A stretch of 64,000 nt of DNA from Candidatus Eiseniibacteriota bacterium. Lineage in GTDB: Bacteria > Eisenbacteria > RBG-16-71-46. The first letter of the stretch is position 1. Every line of letters begins with the position of its first letter. This document shows positions 19,788 to 30,404 of this stretch, piece by piece. The notes under the pieces are model-generated. The model did not search any database, was not told the origin of the DNA, and saw only the letters and a program-made list of their open reading frames with translations. The DNA lies in NCBI GenBank assembly GCA_031364845.1, contig JANLWX010000231.1:1-64000 (forward strand), in the 5' to 3' direction. Both the position numbers and the translations under genes were made by a program.

Positions 19788-20813
19788 TCACGCGGCATTG
19801 AACTGCGACTGAAACCGTGCAATCACCGCAAGGATGTCATCGAACGCCGGTGGTGTGCTCACGAACATTTCGTCGCGCATTGCCAGGTAATCACGGCGCC
19901 AGTCATCGAGCTGCTCCGCGCGGGGCAACATTTGGATCGTGCCCTTCTTCAATGAGTCGTAATCCACCCACGTGTGCCGGAAGAACACTCTTCGATGACT
20001 TGCAACCGCTTCGAAGAGTTCCAACTCCGCGGAAGCCTTCGCAGCCACTCCGGCCCCAATCAGTCTCCAGACATCATAGTAGTGACGCGCGAGGCGTGGC
20101 TGACGCGTCTTGCCCGGGTCACGGAAGGTTTCTTCGTGGAGCAGCATGACCTTTTCCCAGAACGTTCGCTCCGGCATCAGGGCGCGTACCGTGCACGCGC
20201 TGACCTGGAAGAGCTGCGGAAACTCCTCCGCCACGAATGATGTCACCGGGCGAGTCTCGACCGGCCACGGATCGGAACGGGCACCGAATTCGAGTTTAAC
20301 GACCGGTTGAACGTATGAGGGCGTGGCGCTCGCGACGATTCTCGGGTACGCGAACAGCAACGTCTGGCCGTCCGGATCCTCGTCGTCCGATATCAGCGCC
20401 CAGGCGGCGTTCGACGCCAGCAGTGACTGCAATCGCGATCGGAGGTGAGGATCGATCCGGTGGGTGATCGCCTCCCGGCACGCCTGCCTCAGCTTCAGGA
20501 TCCTTCGCTGTCGCTCTTTGCCGCTGCCTGCTCCTTCCGGGCCGTGGTCGCCGCCGAAGCCGAGATGGTCGCGTTCGATCGTCAGATCGATGTCCTCGGA
20601 GAACCGGTCGATGAGCCCCCACGCTTTGGAGAGCGAAGTGCCGCCTTTGAAGCTCAGGTGCGCACCGTGATCCGGTGTCGCGAAGACTTCCCGGAGCATG
20701 AGGCACACCCAGAAGTCCTTCTCGACACTTCCCGGCGACAAGCCGCGCCGTGCGGCGGTCTGCTCGAACGCCAGCGCGCGGTCCGCGGGCGACAGCCGGA
20801 GGAAGCCGTCCAC
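19788..20813 (-). CDS. Type IV TA toxin, AbiEii/AbiGii nucleotidyltransferase
   Basis: VEKDFWV, FKGGTSLSK..LIDRFSEDIDL, ERTFWEK and RHYYD motifs. Confidence 0.93.
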   Translation of the reverse strand: MDGFLRLSPADRALAFEQTAARRGLSPGSVEKDFWVCLMLREVFATPDHGAHLSFKGGTSLSKAWGLIDRFSEDIDLTIERDHLGFGGDHGPEGAGSGKERQRRILKLRQACREAITHRIDPHLRSRLQSLLASNAAWALISDDEDPDGQTLLFAYPRIVASATPSYVQPVVKLEFGARSDPWPVETRPVTSFVAEEFPQLFQVSACTVRALMPERTFWEKVMLLHEETFRDPGKTRQPRLARHYYDVWRLIGAGVAAKASAELELFEAVASHRRVFFRHTWVDYDSLKKGTIQMLPRAEQLDDWRRDYLAMRDEMFVSTPPAFDDILAVIARFQSQFNAA

Positions 20814-20816
20814 GCG

Positions 20817-21437
20817 CTAACGCTTCGTTCTGCCGGCGATCTCACGCATGAGCTCGGCGATCCACGCCGGCGCGAGCGCGGCATCCTTGAGCAGTTGAGC
20901 GCGCTCCCTCGAATCGAGCCTCTTGCGCACCTTCTCGACGACCCTCTGATCCACATGGCTCTGTCCGAGGTATCGAAACGCCTGGATCACGAGCCCGCTG
21001 GTGCGGCCGGCGGTTGCCATGTTCCGCGGGGTCGTGCGGCGGAGCACGATCTGCTGCTTGCCGACTTGAATCTGGCGCGGCGTTCCGTCGGTGAGATAGA
21101 CGATTCGCAGCGGCACCTGGTCCGACAGCCCGAGGAGATTCGCGGCGTACGCGCCCGAGGGCTGAAGTTTGAGGCGGTCCTTCCCCGCCAGCGCGGTGGC
21201 GATCTGGTCTGGTGTGGCCTGTAGGTCACCCAGCAACGGATGCACGTCGGGAATCTGATAGATCCCGCGCGCGGGCCGTTTCACGGTTCCGGCCTTGAGG
21301 TGGCGGGACAAGGCGGACGCGATGGCCGTGCGGGGCCCGAGCCGAGTGAGATCACGGGTCGTGAAGATGCTGCCCGGCTTCATCTTGCGGATGTGCCGGA
21401 GGACGAGGCTGTCGAAGGATCCGGAGTGTTTGGTCAT
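20817..21437 (-). CDS. Type IV TA antitoxin, AbiEi-like (DUF6088-type)
   Basis: N-terminal wHTH (ALSR...ARGIY), SGAYAANLLGLSDQVP...YLTDG; 3 bp upstream of the toxin. Confidence 0.88.
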   Translation of the reverse strand: MTKHSGSFDSLVLRHIRKMKPGSIFTTRDLTRLGPRTAIASALSRHLKAGTVKRPARGIYQIPDVHPLLGDLQATPDQIATALAGKDRLKLQPSGAYAANLLGLSDQVPLRIVYLTDGTPRQIQVGKQQIVLRRTTPRNMATAGRTSGLVIQAFRYLGQSHVDQRVVEKVRKRLDSRERAQLLKDAALAPAWIAELMREIAGRTKR

Positions 21438-21442
21438 CGGAA

Positions 21443-21473
21443 TTGCCACAAAAATAGATTGTTTTTGTGGCAA
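21443..21473. promoter_or_regulatory. Perfect 12-bp inverted repeat, probable AbiEi operator
   Basis: TTGCCACAAAAA-TAGATTG-TTTTTGTGGCAA, 5 bp upstream of the antitoxin ATG. Confidence 0.8.
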
Positions 21474-21503
21474 AAGCCAGTGGGATATTACGGTCCCCAG
21501 CGG

Positions 21504-24224
21504 CTACTCCGAGCGAACGACGCGCCGTACCTCCTCTCCACCCGGATACTTGAATCGGACGAAGTACAACCCGTTCGCCTGATTCCCGGAGAGTACCGGC
21601 CAGATCACCTCATGACGCCCAGCAGGCCACACGCCGCGAGCGAGTGAAGCAACCATCCGACCCAGGACGTCGAATGCATCGAGTTCGACCCGAGCGTCGC
21701 GGCCCACTGTGAATGCGACCTGTAATGGCCCGCTACCCGGATTGGGGCCAACGGTCAGCAAGCCAAATCGTAGCCCTTCCAGCGCGCCGACCCGTGTGGG
21801 TTGCCCGATGACGGACGCAAAACCCGTTTCTCGGACCATGAGCCGGTACCAGTAACTCTTGTCCGCGTGCGCCGTGCGATCCAATGCAATGATGGCGTCG
21901 CGCTCGTGCGACTCCTCCGTCACGGGACGTTCCCAGGGACCCGTGATGGCGTCAGCCCGCTCGAGCCATACCTCTGCCGACGAAATCGAGGAGCTTACGA
22001 CCCACGCAACGCGAACGCCGCCTTCCATCCTTTCGCAGGTGAACAGCGAAAGTTGCACGGGCGTCGTCGCAAAATCCCAGTTCAGCGCCCACACGCTGGC
22101 ATCGAACCCGCCGAAGACCACCATGCGGTCCAACTGTGGGTCGTAGATCGCCGTGTGCTGAAAATGTACCTCGGGCCGGTTCATCGCAGGGGCCAGCAGG
22201 CTCCACGCTGGACTGCCCGACAGCGACAGCGCCCACGCGTCATTGAGATAGCCAGGACTCGGAACGCCGCTGCTCTGGCCACCGAAGACGACCATCCGAT
22301 TCCGAACCGGGTCGAAGATCGCCGTATGCTGATGGAGCCCCGTTGGCGGACCGCCCGGAGGAGCGATCGCACTCCACTGCGGAGTTCCCGAGAGCGTCAG
22401 AATCAGCACAGAATCCTGGTGGACGACAGCGCCACCGCCGAACACGATCATCGCGTCGCGAGTCGGGTCGTAGATCGCGGTGTGTCCGATAAGAAGCGGT
22501 GGCGGATTGCCGGTTGGAATCTCGATCCACTCCGGACTCCCGGATAGCTCGAGCGCCCACGTGTCGTTCGGACCATTGCCGCTGCCATGGCCGCCGCCGA
22601 ATATCACCATCTGGTCACGTACCGGGTCGTAGATCGCAGCATGGCTTGTGCGCGCTGCGGGCGGATTCCCCGACGGGGTCAGTTCACTCCAGGTAGAACT
22701 TCCCGAGAGCGACAGCTCCCACACGTCATTTCGAAAACTCGTGCCGTCCAACCCCCCGAACATCAGCATGCGATCCCGCACCGGGTCGTAGATCGCCGTA
22801 TGCCCGGTGCGCGCGGTGGGCCGGGTACCCGAGGGCGACAGGACGCTCCACGCCGGATTGCCGGAAAGCGACAGCGCCCAGGTATCGTTGCGATTGCCGG
22901 TGCGCCAATCGTAGCCGCCAAACACCAGCATCCTGTTTCGCACGGGGTCATGGATGGCGGTATGCCCCGTGAGTTCGCTCGGACCCGACGGAGTCATCTC
23001 ACTCCACGCCGGGCTTGCGGATAGCGTCAGCGCCCACACGTCATGGTGAGTGACGCCATCGATCCCGCCGAACACGACCATCCGGTCCCGTATCGGATCG
23101 AAGATCGACGTGTGCCCGTATCGGCCCAACGGCACGGTCCCCGAGGGGGTCAGCTCGTTCCAAGCCAAACTCCCGGATAACGTCAGCTCCCACGAGTCTT
23201 TCGGATAAGGGTAGCCGGCATCGATCCCGCCGAACACCACCATGCGGTCGCGTATCGGATCATAGATCGCCGTATGCACGGCGCGTCCCGACGGAGGACT
23301 CCCCGACGGAGTGATCGCGTCCCACTCGGGATCTCCCGACAGGATCAGAGTCCACACGTCGTCGCGATAATGCCGGCTGGTATCGATCCCGCCGAACACC
23401 AACATCCGGTCGCGCAGTGGGTCATAGATCGCAGCGTGTCCATACCGTCCTGCCGGCGCGATGCCCGCTGGCGTGAGCGGGCTCCAACTCGGACCGCCGG
23501 CGAAAGAGAGCGCCCAGGTGTCGCTGCGGTACGTCCCATCGTATCCGCCGAACACCACCATGCGGTCCCGCAGCGGGTCGTAGACCGCCGTGTGCAGATA
23601 GCGCCCCGGCGGCGGACTTCCCGATGGAGTCAATTCGCTCCAGGAAGGAGTTCCGGAAAACGAGAGCGCCCACACGTCATTGCGATAGATATCGTCGAGT
23701 CCACCGAACACGACCATCCGGTCGCGCACCGGGTCGTAGATCGCCGTATGCCCTGCGCGCGCAGGTGGTGGACTTCCCGACGGAACGATGGCGGTCCATG
23801 CCGGGCTCTCGGTCAGTGTGAATGCCCATGCTTCATTGCGCGCCCCATCATCTCCACTGAATCCGCCGAACACCACCATACGATCGCGCAGTGGGTCGTA
23901 GATCGCGCTCGACGCATATGCCTGTGGGAGCAGGGGAGCCCAGATACCGTCTGAACCTTCGGCAGCCATGTTCTGCGGTGAGAGCGGATGAGCAATGCGG
24001 TACGGTCCGCGGTCGGAGTCATCGCGCGTCAGTGAGAGCATGACTTCGCGTTGCCATGGCGTGAGCGCCGGGTCCGCGGCCCCCAACTCCAAAGCGCCGC
24101 GTTGCTCGAGGGTGAGCGGGGGCAGTTCGGTCGACGGTGCTTTGTGCTCCCCGGCGAGGACGACTTGCACGGACATCATCGCCATGGAGAGAAACCAGAG
24201 TGCCTTCGTGAAGCTTCGGGTCAT
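21504..24224 (-). CDS. Secreted 12-Kelch-repeat protein with C-terminal Ig + FlgD/T9SS-like domain
   Basis: Signal peptide; 12 copies of HTAIYDPxRDRMVVFGG...NDxWxL; tail TPVQLSLF...PNP...DAFDVLGR.VASL...GLYFVRF. RBS GGGAGG. Confidence 0.9.
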   Translation of the reverse strand: MTRSFTKALWFLSMAMMSVQVVLAGEHKAPSTELPPLTLEQRGALELGAADPALTPWQREVMLSLTRDDSDRGPYRIAHPLSPQNMAAEGSDGIWAPLLPQAYASSAIYDPLRDRMVVFGGFSGDDGARNEAWAFTLTESPAWTAIVPSGSPPPARAGHTAIYDPVRDRMVVFGGLDDIYRNDVWALSFSGTPSWSELTPSGSPPPGRYLHTAVYDPLRDRMVVFGGYDGTYRSDTWALSFAGGPSWSPLTPAGIAPAGRYGHAAIYDPLRDRMLVFGGIDTSRHYRDDVWTLILSGDPEWDAITPSGSPPSGRAVHTAIYDPIRDRMVVFGGIDAGYPYPKDSWELTLSGSLAWNELTPSGTVPLGRYGHTSIFDPIRDRMVVFGGIDGVTHHDVWALTLSASPAWSEMTPSGPSELTGHTAIHDPVRNRMLVFGGYDWRTGNRNDTWALSLSGNPAWSVLSPSGTRPTARTGHTAIYDPVRDRMLMFGGLDGTSFRNDVWELSLSGSSTWSELTPSGNPPAARTSHAAIYDPVRDQMVIFGGGHGSGNGPNDTWALELSGSPEWIEIPTGNPPPLLIGHTAIYDPTRDAMIVFGGGAVVHQDSVLILTLSGTPQWSAIAPPGGPPTGLHQHTAIFDPVRNRMVVFGGQSSGVPSPGYLNDAWALSLSGSPAWSLLAPAMNRPEVHFQHTAIYDPQLDRMVVFGGFDASVWALNWDFATTPVQLSLFTCERMEGGVRVAWVVSSSISSAEVWLERADAITGPWERPVTEESHERDAIIALDRTAHADKSYWYRLMVRETGFASVIGQPTRVGALEGLRFGLLTVGPNPGSGPLQVAFTVGRDARVELDAFDVLGRMVASLARGVWPAGRHEVIWPVLSGNQANGLYFVRFKYPGGEEVRRVVRSE

Positions 24225-24375
24225 GGTAGCAGCCTCCCGTTCAGAACGGTGGCTCCACCCGCACCGTATGTCCGGCCAGAGCGCTCGCATCATACCTGCT
24301 GCGGTCCTGAATGCCGGAGGCATGTTACCGCGCGACCACTTCGGAGGCCTCACCACTCCTTCGTCAAACAGAACG

Positions 24376-24403
24376 GCCCCAACCGGGGTCAACCGATTGG
24401 GGC
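24376..24403 (-). terminator. Hairpin downstream of tRNA-Arg, possible terminator
   Basis: Minus strand GCCCCAATCGG-TTGACC-CCGGTTGGGGC followed by a weak T-tract (CGTTCTGTTT). Confidence 0.45.
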
Positions 24404-24440
24404 AGCGTGTAGATGACTGCGGCGAAATTGCTTCAGTGCT

Positions 24441-24517
24441 TGGTGCGCCCGACAGGAATCGAACCTGTAACCTTTAGCTCCGGAGGCTAACGCTCTATCC
24501 AATTGAGCTACGGGCGC
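24441..24517 (-). tRNA. tRNA-Arg(CCG)
   Basis: GCGCCCGTAGCTCAATTGGATAGAGCG-TTAGC-CTCCGGA-GCTAA-AGGTTACAGGTTCGATTCCTGTCGGGCGCACCA; cloverleaf with encoded CCA. Confidence 0.97.
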
Positions 24518-24599
24518 ACGTGCGCGATTTGTAGCACATGCGTCGGGTGCCGTCACACCGCGCGGCCGGGCATCGAAGTGCCGCGGACCCCGCAGGAAC

Positions 24600-25793
24600 T
24601 CACCCCTTCCCCAGCACCCTCAGCACCTCGTTCACGTCCTTGTCGCCGCGCCCCGAGAGATTCACGATCACGGTCGCGTCCTTCCCGAGCGCCATGCCGT
24701 CGCGCAGCACCCACGCCACGGCGTGCGAGCTTTCGAGCGCGGGCAGGATGCCCTCGAGATGCGCGACCGCTTGAAACGCGGCGAGCGCTTCCTCGTCGGT
24801 CGCCGACGAGTACTCCGCCATCCCCGCGTCGGCGAGCCACGCGTGTTCGGGACCGAGCGCCGGATAGTCGAGCCCGGCCGAGACCGAGTGCGTCTCGCGG
24901 ATCATGCCGCGGTCGTCCTGCAGCACCAGCGTGCGCGTGCCGTGCAGCACGCCGACCGAATGCTCGGGCAGCCGCGCGGCGTGGCGTCCGCTTTGAAGCC
25001 CCTCGCCCGCGGCTTCGACGCCGACCTTGCGCACGTCGCGATCGCCGAGGAACGCGTGGAACAGTCCGATCGCGTTGCTGCCGCCGCCGACGCACGCGAC
25101 CAGCACGTTCGGTCGTCCGCCGACCTGGGCTTCGAACTGCGCGCGCGCTTCAATGCCGATCACGCGATGAAAGTCGCGCACGATCATCGGGAACGGATGC
25201 GGTCCCAACACCGAGCCCAGCACGTAGTGCGTGTCCGAAACCCGCGTCACCCAGTCGCGCAGGGCTTCGTTGATCGCGTCCTTCAGCGTGCGGCTGCCGG
25301 CGTCGACTTCGCACACTTCGGCGCCGAGCAGTTTCATGCGCTCGACGTTCAGATGCTGGCGGCGCGCATCCTCGGATCCCATGTAGATCGTGCACTGCAG
25401 CCCAAATCGGGCAGCGGCGGCGGCGGTCGCCACGCCGTGCTGGCCGGCGCCGGTCTCGGCAATCACGCGCGGCTTGCCCATGCGCTTGGTCAGCAGGCAC
25501 TGGCCGATCGTGTTGTTGATCTTGTGCGCTCCGGTGTGCAGCAGGTCCTCGCGCTTCAGGAACACGCGGCATCCGGCGGCCTCGGAAAGCCGCAACGCCG
25601 CGATCAGCGGCGTCGGGCGTCCGGCGAAGTCGCGCAGCGTCTCGAACAGCTCGCGCTCGAAGCCGGGATCGGATCGCGCGCGGCGATACTCGTCTTCGAG
25701 CTGATCGAGCGCGTGGATCAGCGTCTCGGGAACGAAGCGCCCGCCGTAGGGTCCGAAGTGCCCGGTGGCGTCGGGGCTCTGGATGTCACTCAT
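24600..25793 (-). CDS. trpB: Tryptophan synthase beta chain (TrpB1 type)
   Basis: [46 protein letters not shown] and NLSGRGDKD. Confidence 0.97.
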   Translation of the reverse strand: MSDIQSPDATGHFGPYGGRFVPETLIHALDQLEDEYRRARSDPGFERELFETLRDFAGRPTPLIAALRLSEAAGCRVFLKREDLLHTGAHKINNTIGQCLLTKRMGKPRVIAETGAGQHGVATAAAAARFGLQCTIYMGSEDARRQHLNVERMKLLGAEVCEVDAGSRTLKDAINEALRDWVTRVSDTHYVLGSVLGPHPFPMIVRDFHRVIGIEARAQFEAQVGGRPNVLVACVGGGSNAIGLFHAFLGDRDVRKVGVEAAGEGLQSGRHAARLPEHSVGVLHGTRTLVLQDDRGMIRETHSVSAGLDYPALGPEHAWLADAGMAEYSSATDEEALAAFQAVAHLEGILPALESSHAVAWVLRDGMALGKDATVIVNLSGRGDKDVNEVLRVLGKG

Positions 25794-25836
25794 GTATTCT
25801 CCTGTTCGGCCTTGATGTCGCCAACGTGCGCGTTCT

Positions 25837-26475
25837 TCATTCGTCGCCCGCTTCCGCGTCCGCCGCTCGGGCGGCATCGATAAACGCCCTCACGCGTCCG
25901 GGATCTTTGATCCCCGGCGCCGACTCGAGCCTCGACGATGCATCGACTCCGAACGGTCGCACTGCGGCGATCGCATCGGCGACGTTGTCCGGGCCGAGAC
26001 CGCCGGCGATCATTACCTCTCGCGACGCCGCGACGACGCGCGCGGTGTCCCACGGAAACGCAACACCCGTACCCCCGGCCTGAACCGGATGCGCGGTATC
26101 GAGCAGCACGAGATGCTCCGCCGCAGGCAAAGGTGCCGCGAGCGATCCGTCGGCCTCCACACCGATCGCGAACGCGACCGGAATCGGAAACGAGATTGGC
26201 CACGTGAGCGGGTCGACGCGATGGAGCTGCAGTCGCGCGACTCCCGCCGCGCGCGCCAGTTCGAGCGCCTGCGCGGGTGCCGGTGCAACCATCACGCCCA
26301 CCGTCACCGCGCCATCGAGGGCGGTCGAGATGTCGCGGGCGGTTTCGATAGTGATCCGCCGCGGGCTCTCGCCGAGCAGGATCATCCCGAGCCAGTCAGC
26401 GCCCGAGGCGTGCGCCCAGCGCGCGTCCTCGAGCCGCGTGAGCCCGCAGATCTTGACGATCGTGCGCCGTGCCAC
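25837..26475 (-). CDS. trpF: Phosphoribosylanthranilate isomerase
   Basis: [26 protein letters not shown] and [14 protein letters not shown]. Confidence 0.93.
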   Translation of the reverse strand: MARRTIVKICGLTRLEDARWAHASGADWLGMILLGESPRRITIETARDISTALDGAVTVGVMVAPAPAQALELARAAGVARLQLHRVDPLTWPISFPIPVAFAIGVEADGSLAAPLPAAEHLVLLDTAHPVQAGGTGVAFPWDTARVVAASREVMIAGGLGPDNVADAIAAVRPFGVDASSRLESAPGIKDPGRVRAFIDAARAADAEAGDE

Positions 26476-26478
26476 ACG

Positions 26479-27288
26479 CTATCCACTCGCAGCGGCGGAC
26501 AGAGTCGCGAGCGTCGCCGCGGGATCGGCGCTGGTCATGAACACCTCGCCCATCAGTACCGCGTCGCAACGCGTCGCGCGCAGGCGCGCGAGATCTTCGG
26601 GGCGCGAGAGCCCGCTCTCGGCCACGGCCGTCACGTGCGAGGGAATCCGCGGCATCAGCTTGATCGAGGTGTTGAGATCCACTTCGAACGAGTGCAGGTC
26701 GCGGTTGTTGATGCCGACCAGCGTGGCGCCGGCCTTGAGCGCGCGCGCCAGTTCGTTCTGATCGTGCACTTCGACCAGCGCGTCGAGGCCGAGGATCTTC
26801 GACTCCGTGACGAACCGCTGGATCTGCGTCGCCGACAACAAGGCCGCGAGCAGCAGCACTCCATCCGCGCCGCGCGAAGCGGCGTCGAGCAGTTGGTAGG
26901 AGTCGACGACAAAGTCCTTCATGAGGATCGGGATCGTAACGTGCGGTCGCACCGCGTCGACCCATTCGGGCTCGCCCATGAAGTGATCGGGCTCGGTGAC
27001 CAGCGACACCGCCGCCGCTCCCCCGCGCTCGTAGATCTGCGCCATCGTGGTGGGATCGGCGTCCGCGCGCAGTTCGCCGAGCGACGGTGACGCGCGCTTC
27101 ACTTCGCACAGCAACCGCAACGGGCGCTCGGCGCCCCCGCGGCGCAGCGCGTATTCGAGGCGACCGGCAGGGCGCACGTTGATGCGCTCGCGCAACACAT
27201 GACCCGGAACCTCAAGCTTCATCTTTTCGACGCGCCGGCGCCGGTCGGCGGTGATGCGCACCAGAAAGTCGATGCCCGCCGGGCTCAT
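26479..27288 (-). CDS. trpC: Indole-3-glycerol phosphate synthase
   Basis: EVKRASPS, SLVTEP, KDF, GINNRDL and AESG. Confidence 0.94.
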   Translation of the reverse strand: MSPAGIDFLVRITADRRRRVEKMKLEVPGHVLRERINVRPAGRLEYALRRGGAERPLRLLCEVKRASPSLGELRADADPTTMAQIYERGGAAAVSLVTEPDHFMGEPEWVDAVRPHVTIPILMKDFVVDSYQLLDAASRGADGVLLLAALLSATQIQRFVTESKILGLDALVEVHDQNELARALKAGATLVGINNRDLHSFEVDLNTSIKLMPRIPSHVTAVAESGLSRPEDLARLRATRCDAVLMGEVFMTSADPAATLATLSAAASG

Positions 27289-27325
27289 GTCAAAAGCTCC
27301 CGGTCCGCAGCGCGGGCGTGGGTGG

Positions 27326-28329
27326 TCATCCCCGGAACGCCGTGAGTTCGGTGAGCTTCGCCTGTGCCGCTCCGCGGTCGATCGCCTGCTGCGCGCGTTC
27401 GATGCCCTCGGGGAGATCGTTCGCGAGGCCCGAGACAATCAGCGCGGCGGCGGTGTTGAGCACCACGATGTCACGCGCCGGGCCCTTGTCGCCCGCGAAG
27501 ATCGCGCGGATCTTCGCCGCATTCGCGGCCGGGTCGGCACCCGAAATGCCTTCGCGGTCGGCGGCACCGAAGCCGAGCGTCGAGGGATCGACCTCGAATT
27601 CGCGGATCTCCTGCCCCTTCAGCTCGGCGACGTGGGTCTTGCCGAACACCGTCAATTCGTCGAGGCCGTCACGGCCGTGCACGACCCACGCGTGCTCACT
27701 GCCCAGTTCGCGCAGAACTTCCGCCACCGGACGCACGAGTTTGTCCGAGTAGACGCCGAGCAACTGGCGCTTGGCGCCGGCGGGATTGGAGAGCGGGCCC
27801 AGGATATTGAAGAACGTGCGCACGCCGATCTCGCGGCGCGGCGCCGAGGCGTGACGGAGTGCGGCGTGGTAGTTGGGCGCGAACAGGAACGTGATGCCGA
27901 GGATGTCGAGCGAGCGCGCGGCACTCTCGGGCGTGAGGTCGATGCGGACGCCGAGCGATTCGAGCACGTCGGCGCTGCCGGTGCGGCTCGTCATCGCGCG
28001 GTTGCCGTGCTTGGCGACCGCCACGCCGCACGAGGCGGCCACGATCGCGGCACTGGTCGAGATGTTGAACGTGCCCGCGGAATCGCCTCCGGTGCCGCAG
28101 GTGTCGAGCAGCGGCGAGCGTCGCGTGCGGATCGGCGACACGCGCAGGCGCAGCGCGTCGGCCATGCCCGCGAGCTCCTGGGGCGTCTCGCCCTTCATGC
28201 GCAGCGCGGTCGCGAGCGCGCCGATCTGCGCCGGTGTGGCTTCGCCCGCGAGGATCTGCTCCATCGTGGCGCGCGCGAGATCGCGGGTCAGTTCTTCGTT
28301 CACCACCGCGCGTGCGATCGCCGTCTGGA

Positions 28330-28333
<4 letters not shown>
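27326..28333 (-). CDS. trpD: Anthranilate phosphoribosyltransferase
   Basis: [27 protein letters not shown] and GLDE. Confidence 0.96.
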
Positions 28334-28916
<583 letters not shown>

Positions 28917-28920
<4 letters not shown>

Positions 28921-30404
28921 CCGTTCCCCCGGTCACTCGATTCGGTGCCGCGCTCCGCGCGTTGCACCGCGAGCCACAGCGCGCGGCCCTTGTTCATGGT
29001 CTCGTCCCATTCGTGCTCGGGTTCCGAGTCGGCCACGATGCCGGCGCCGACGCCCCAGTGAGCGTGCCCGTCGGCGTACACCAGCGTTCGGATGGCGATG
29101 CACAGGTCGAGATTGCCATGATAGTCGAAGTGCCCGACCGCACCCGCATACACGCCGCGGCGCACCGGCTCGAGCGCATCGATGATTTCCATCGCGCGCA
29201 CGCGCGGCGCGCCCGAGACGGTTCCGGCGGGAAAGCACGCACGCACGACGTCGAGCGGTGTGAGGCCCGCTTTCGCGCGGCCGCGCACGTTGGACACCAG
29301 ATGCATCACCTGCGAATAGCGCTCGACGGTCATGTACTCGTTGGTTTCGACGGTGCCGTACTCGGCGACGCGGCCGATGTCGTTGCGTCCGAGATCGACC
29401 AGCATCACGTGCTCGGCGCGCTCTTTCTCACTCGCGAGCAGTTCTTCTTCGAGGCGGCGGTCCTCATCGGGCGTCCGCCCGCGCGGGCGCGTTCCGGCGA
29501 TTGGCCGCACTTCGACGACACTGTCGGTGCGCCGCACCAGCACTTCGGGCGAGGATCCGACCAGCGAGAAACCGTCGAGGCGCAGGAAGTACATGTAAGG
29601 CGACGGGTTCGTGACGCGCAGCGCGCGGTAGGCTTCGAATGCGGGATGCGTGACGCGGGCACTCATGCGATGGCTGAGGACGACCTGGAAGATGTCGCCG
29701 GCGCGGATGTGCTCCTTCGCCTGTTCGACCGCTTCGAGGAACTGCTCGCGGCTCGCCGAGGATTCGGGCTCGGCCGTGTCGCCTCCGCCCGGAGGTTCGG
29801 CCCACGCGAGCGGCGCGCGCAGGCGCGCGACTTCGGCATCGAGCCGCGTGACGGCCGCGTCGTAGGCGGCGTCGGCGTCGGTTCCCATGCGGGCGTGGGT
29901 CACGACCTTGAGCGTGTGGGTCAGGTTGTCGAACACGCTGACCACATCGCCGAACACGAACACGGCATCCGGGAATTCGAGGTCGCGCTTCGCGCGCTCG
30001 GGAAGCTTCTCGATCCAGCGCACCGCGTCGTATCCGAAGAATCCGACCGCGCCGCCGCAGAAGCGCGGCAGGCCCGGGAGTGCGACCGCCTGGTGTTCGT
30101 CGAGCAGTGCCGCAAGTTCTTCGAGCGGCGGGCGCTTGCCCTTGGTGGTCTTGCCGTCGCGGTGGATCTCGCTCGTGTCGCCGCGCGCGGTGAACACGAG
30201 CGACGGGCGGCTGCCGAGCAGTGAATAGCGGCCCCATTTCTCGCCGCCTTCGACGCTCTCCAACAAGAAAGCAAAGCCGCCATCGTCGATCTTGCGGAAC
30301 GCGGAGACCGGAGTGTCGTGATCGGCGAACACTTCGCGGTAGACCGGGACCAGCTTGCCGCCGCGGGCAAGAACCTTGAATTCGGATCGCGACGGAATGA
30401 TCAC
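28917..30404 (-). CDS. trpE: Anthranilate synthase component I
   Basis: [44 protein letters not shown] and GAGIVADS. Confidence 0.95.

Noticed and set aside
22080..23910. Regularly spaced DNA repeats (e.g. CGGGTCGTAGATCGC) resembling a CRISPR array
   Set aside because: They are degenerate, in-frame Kelch blade codons about 160-170 bp apart within one ORF, and no cas genes are present.
16734..24440. attL/attR duplication of the tRNA-Arg 3' end, or a prophage
   Set aside because: No second copy of the tRNA 3' sequence, no integrase and no phage genes were seen.
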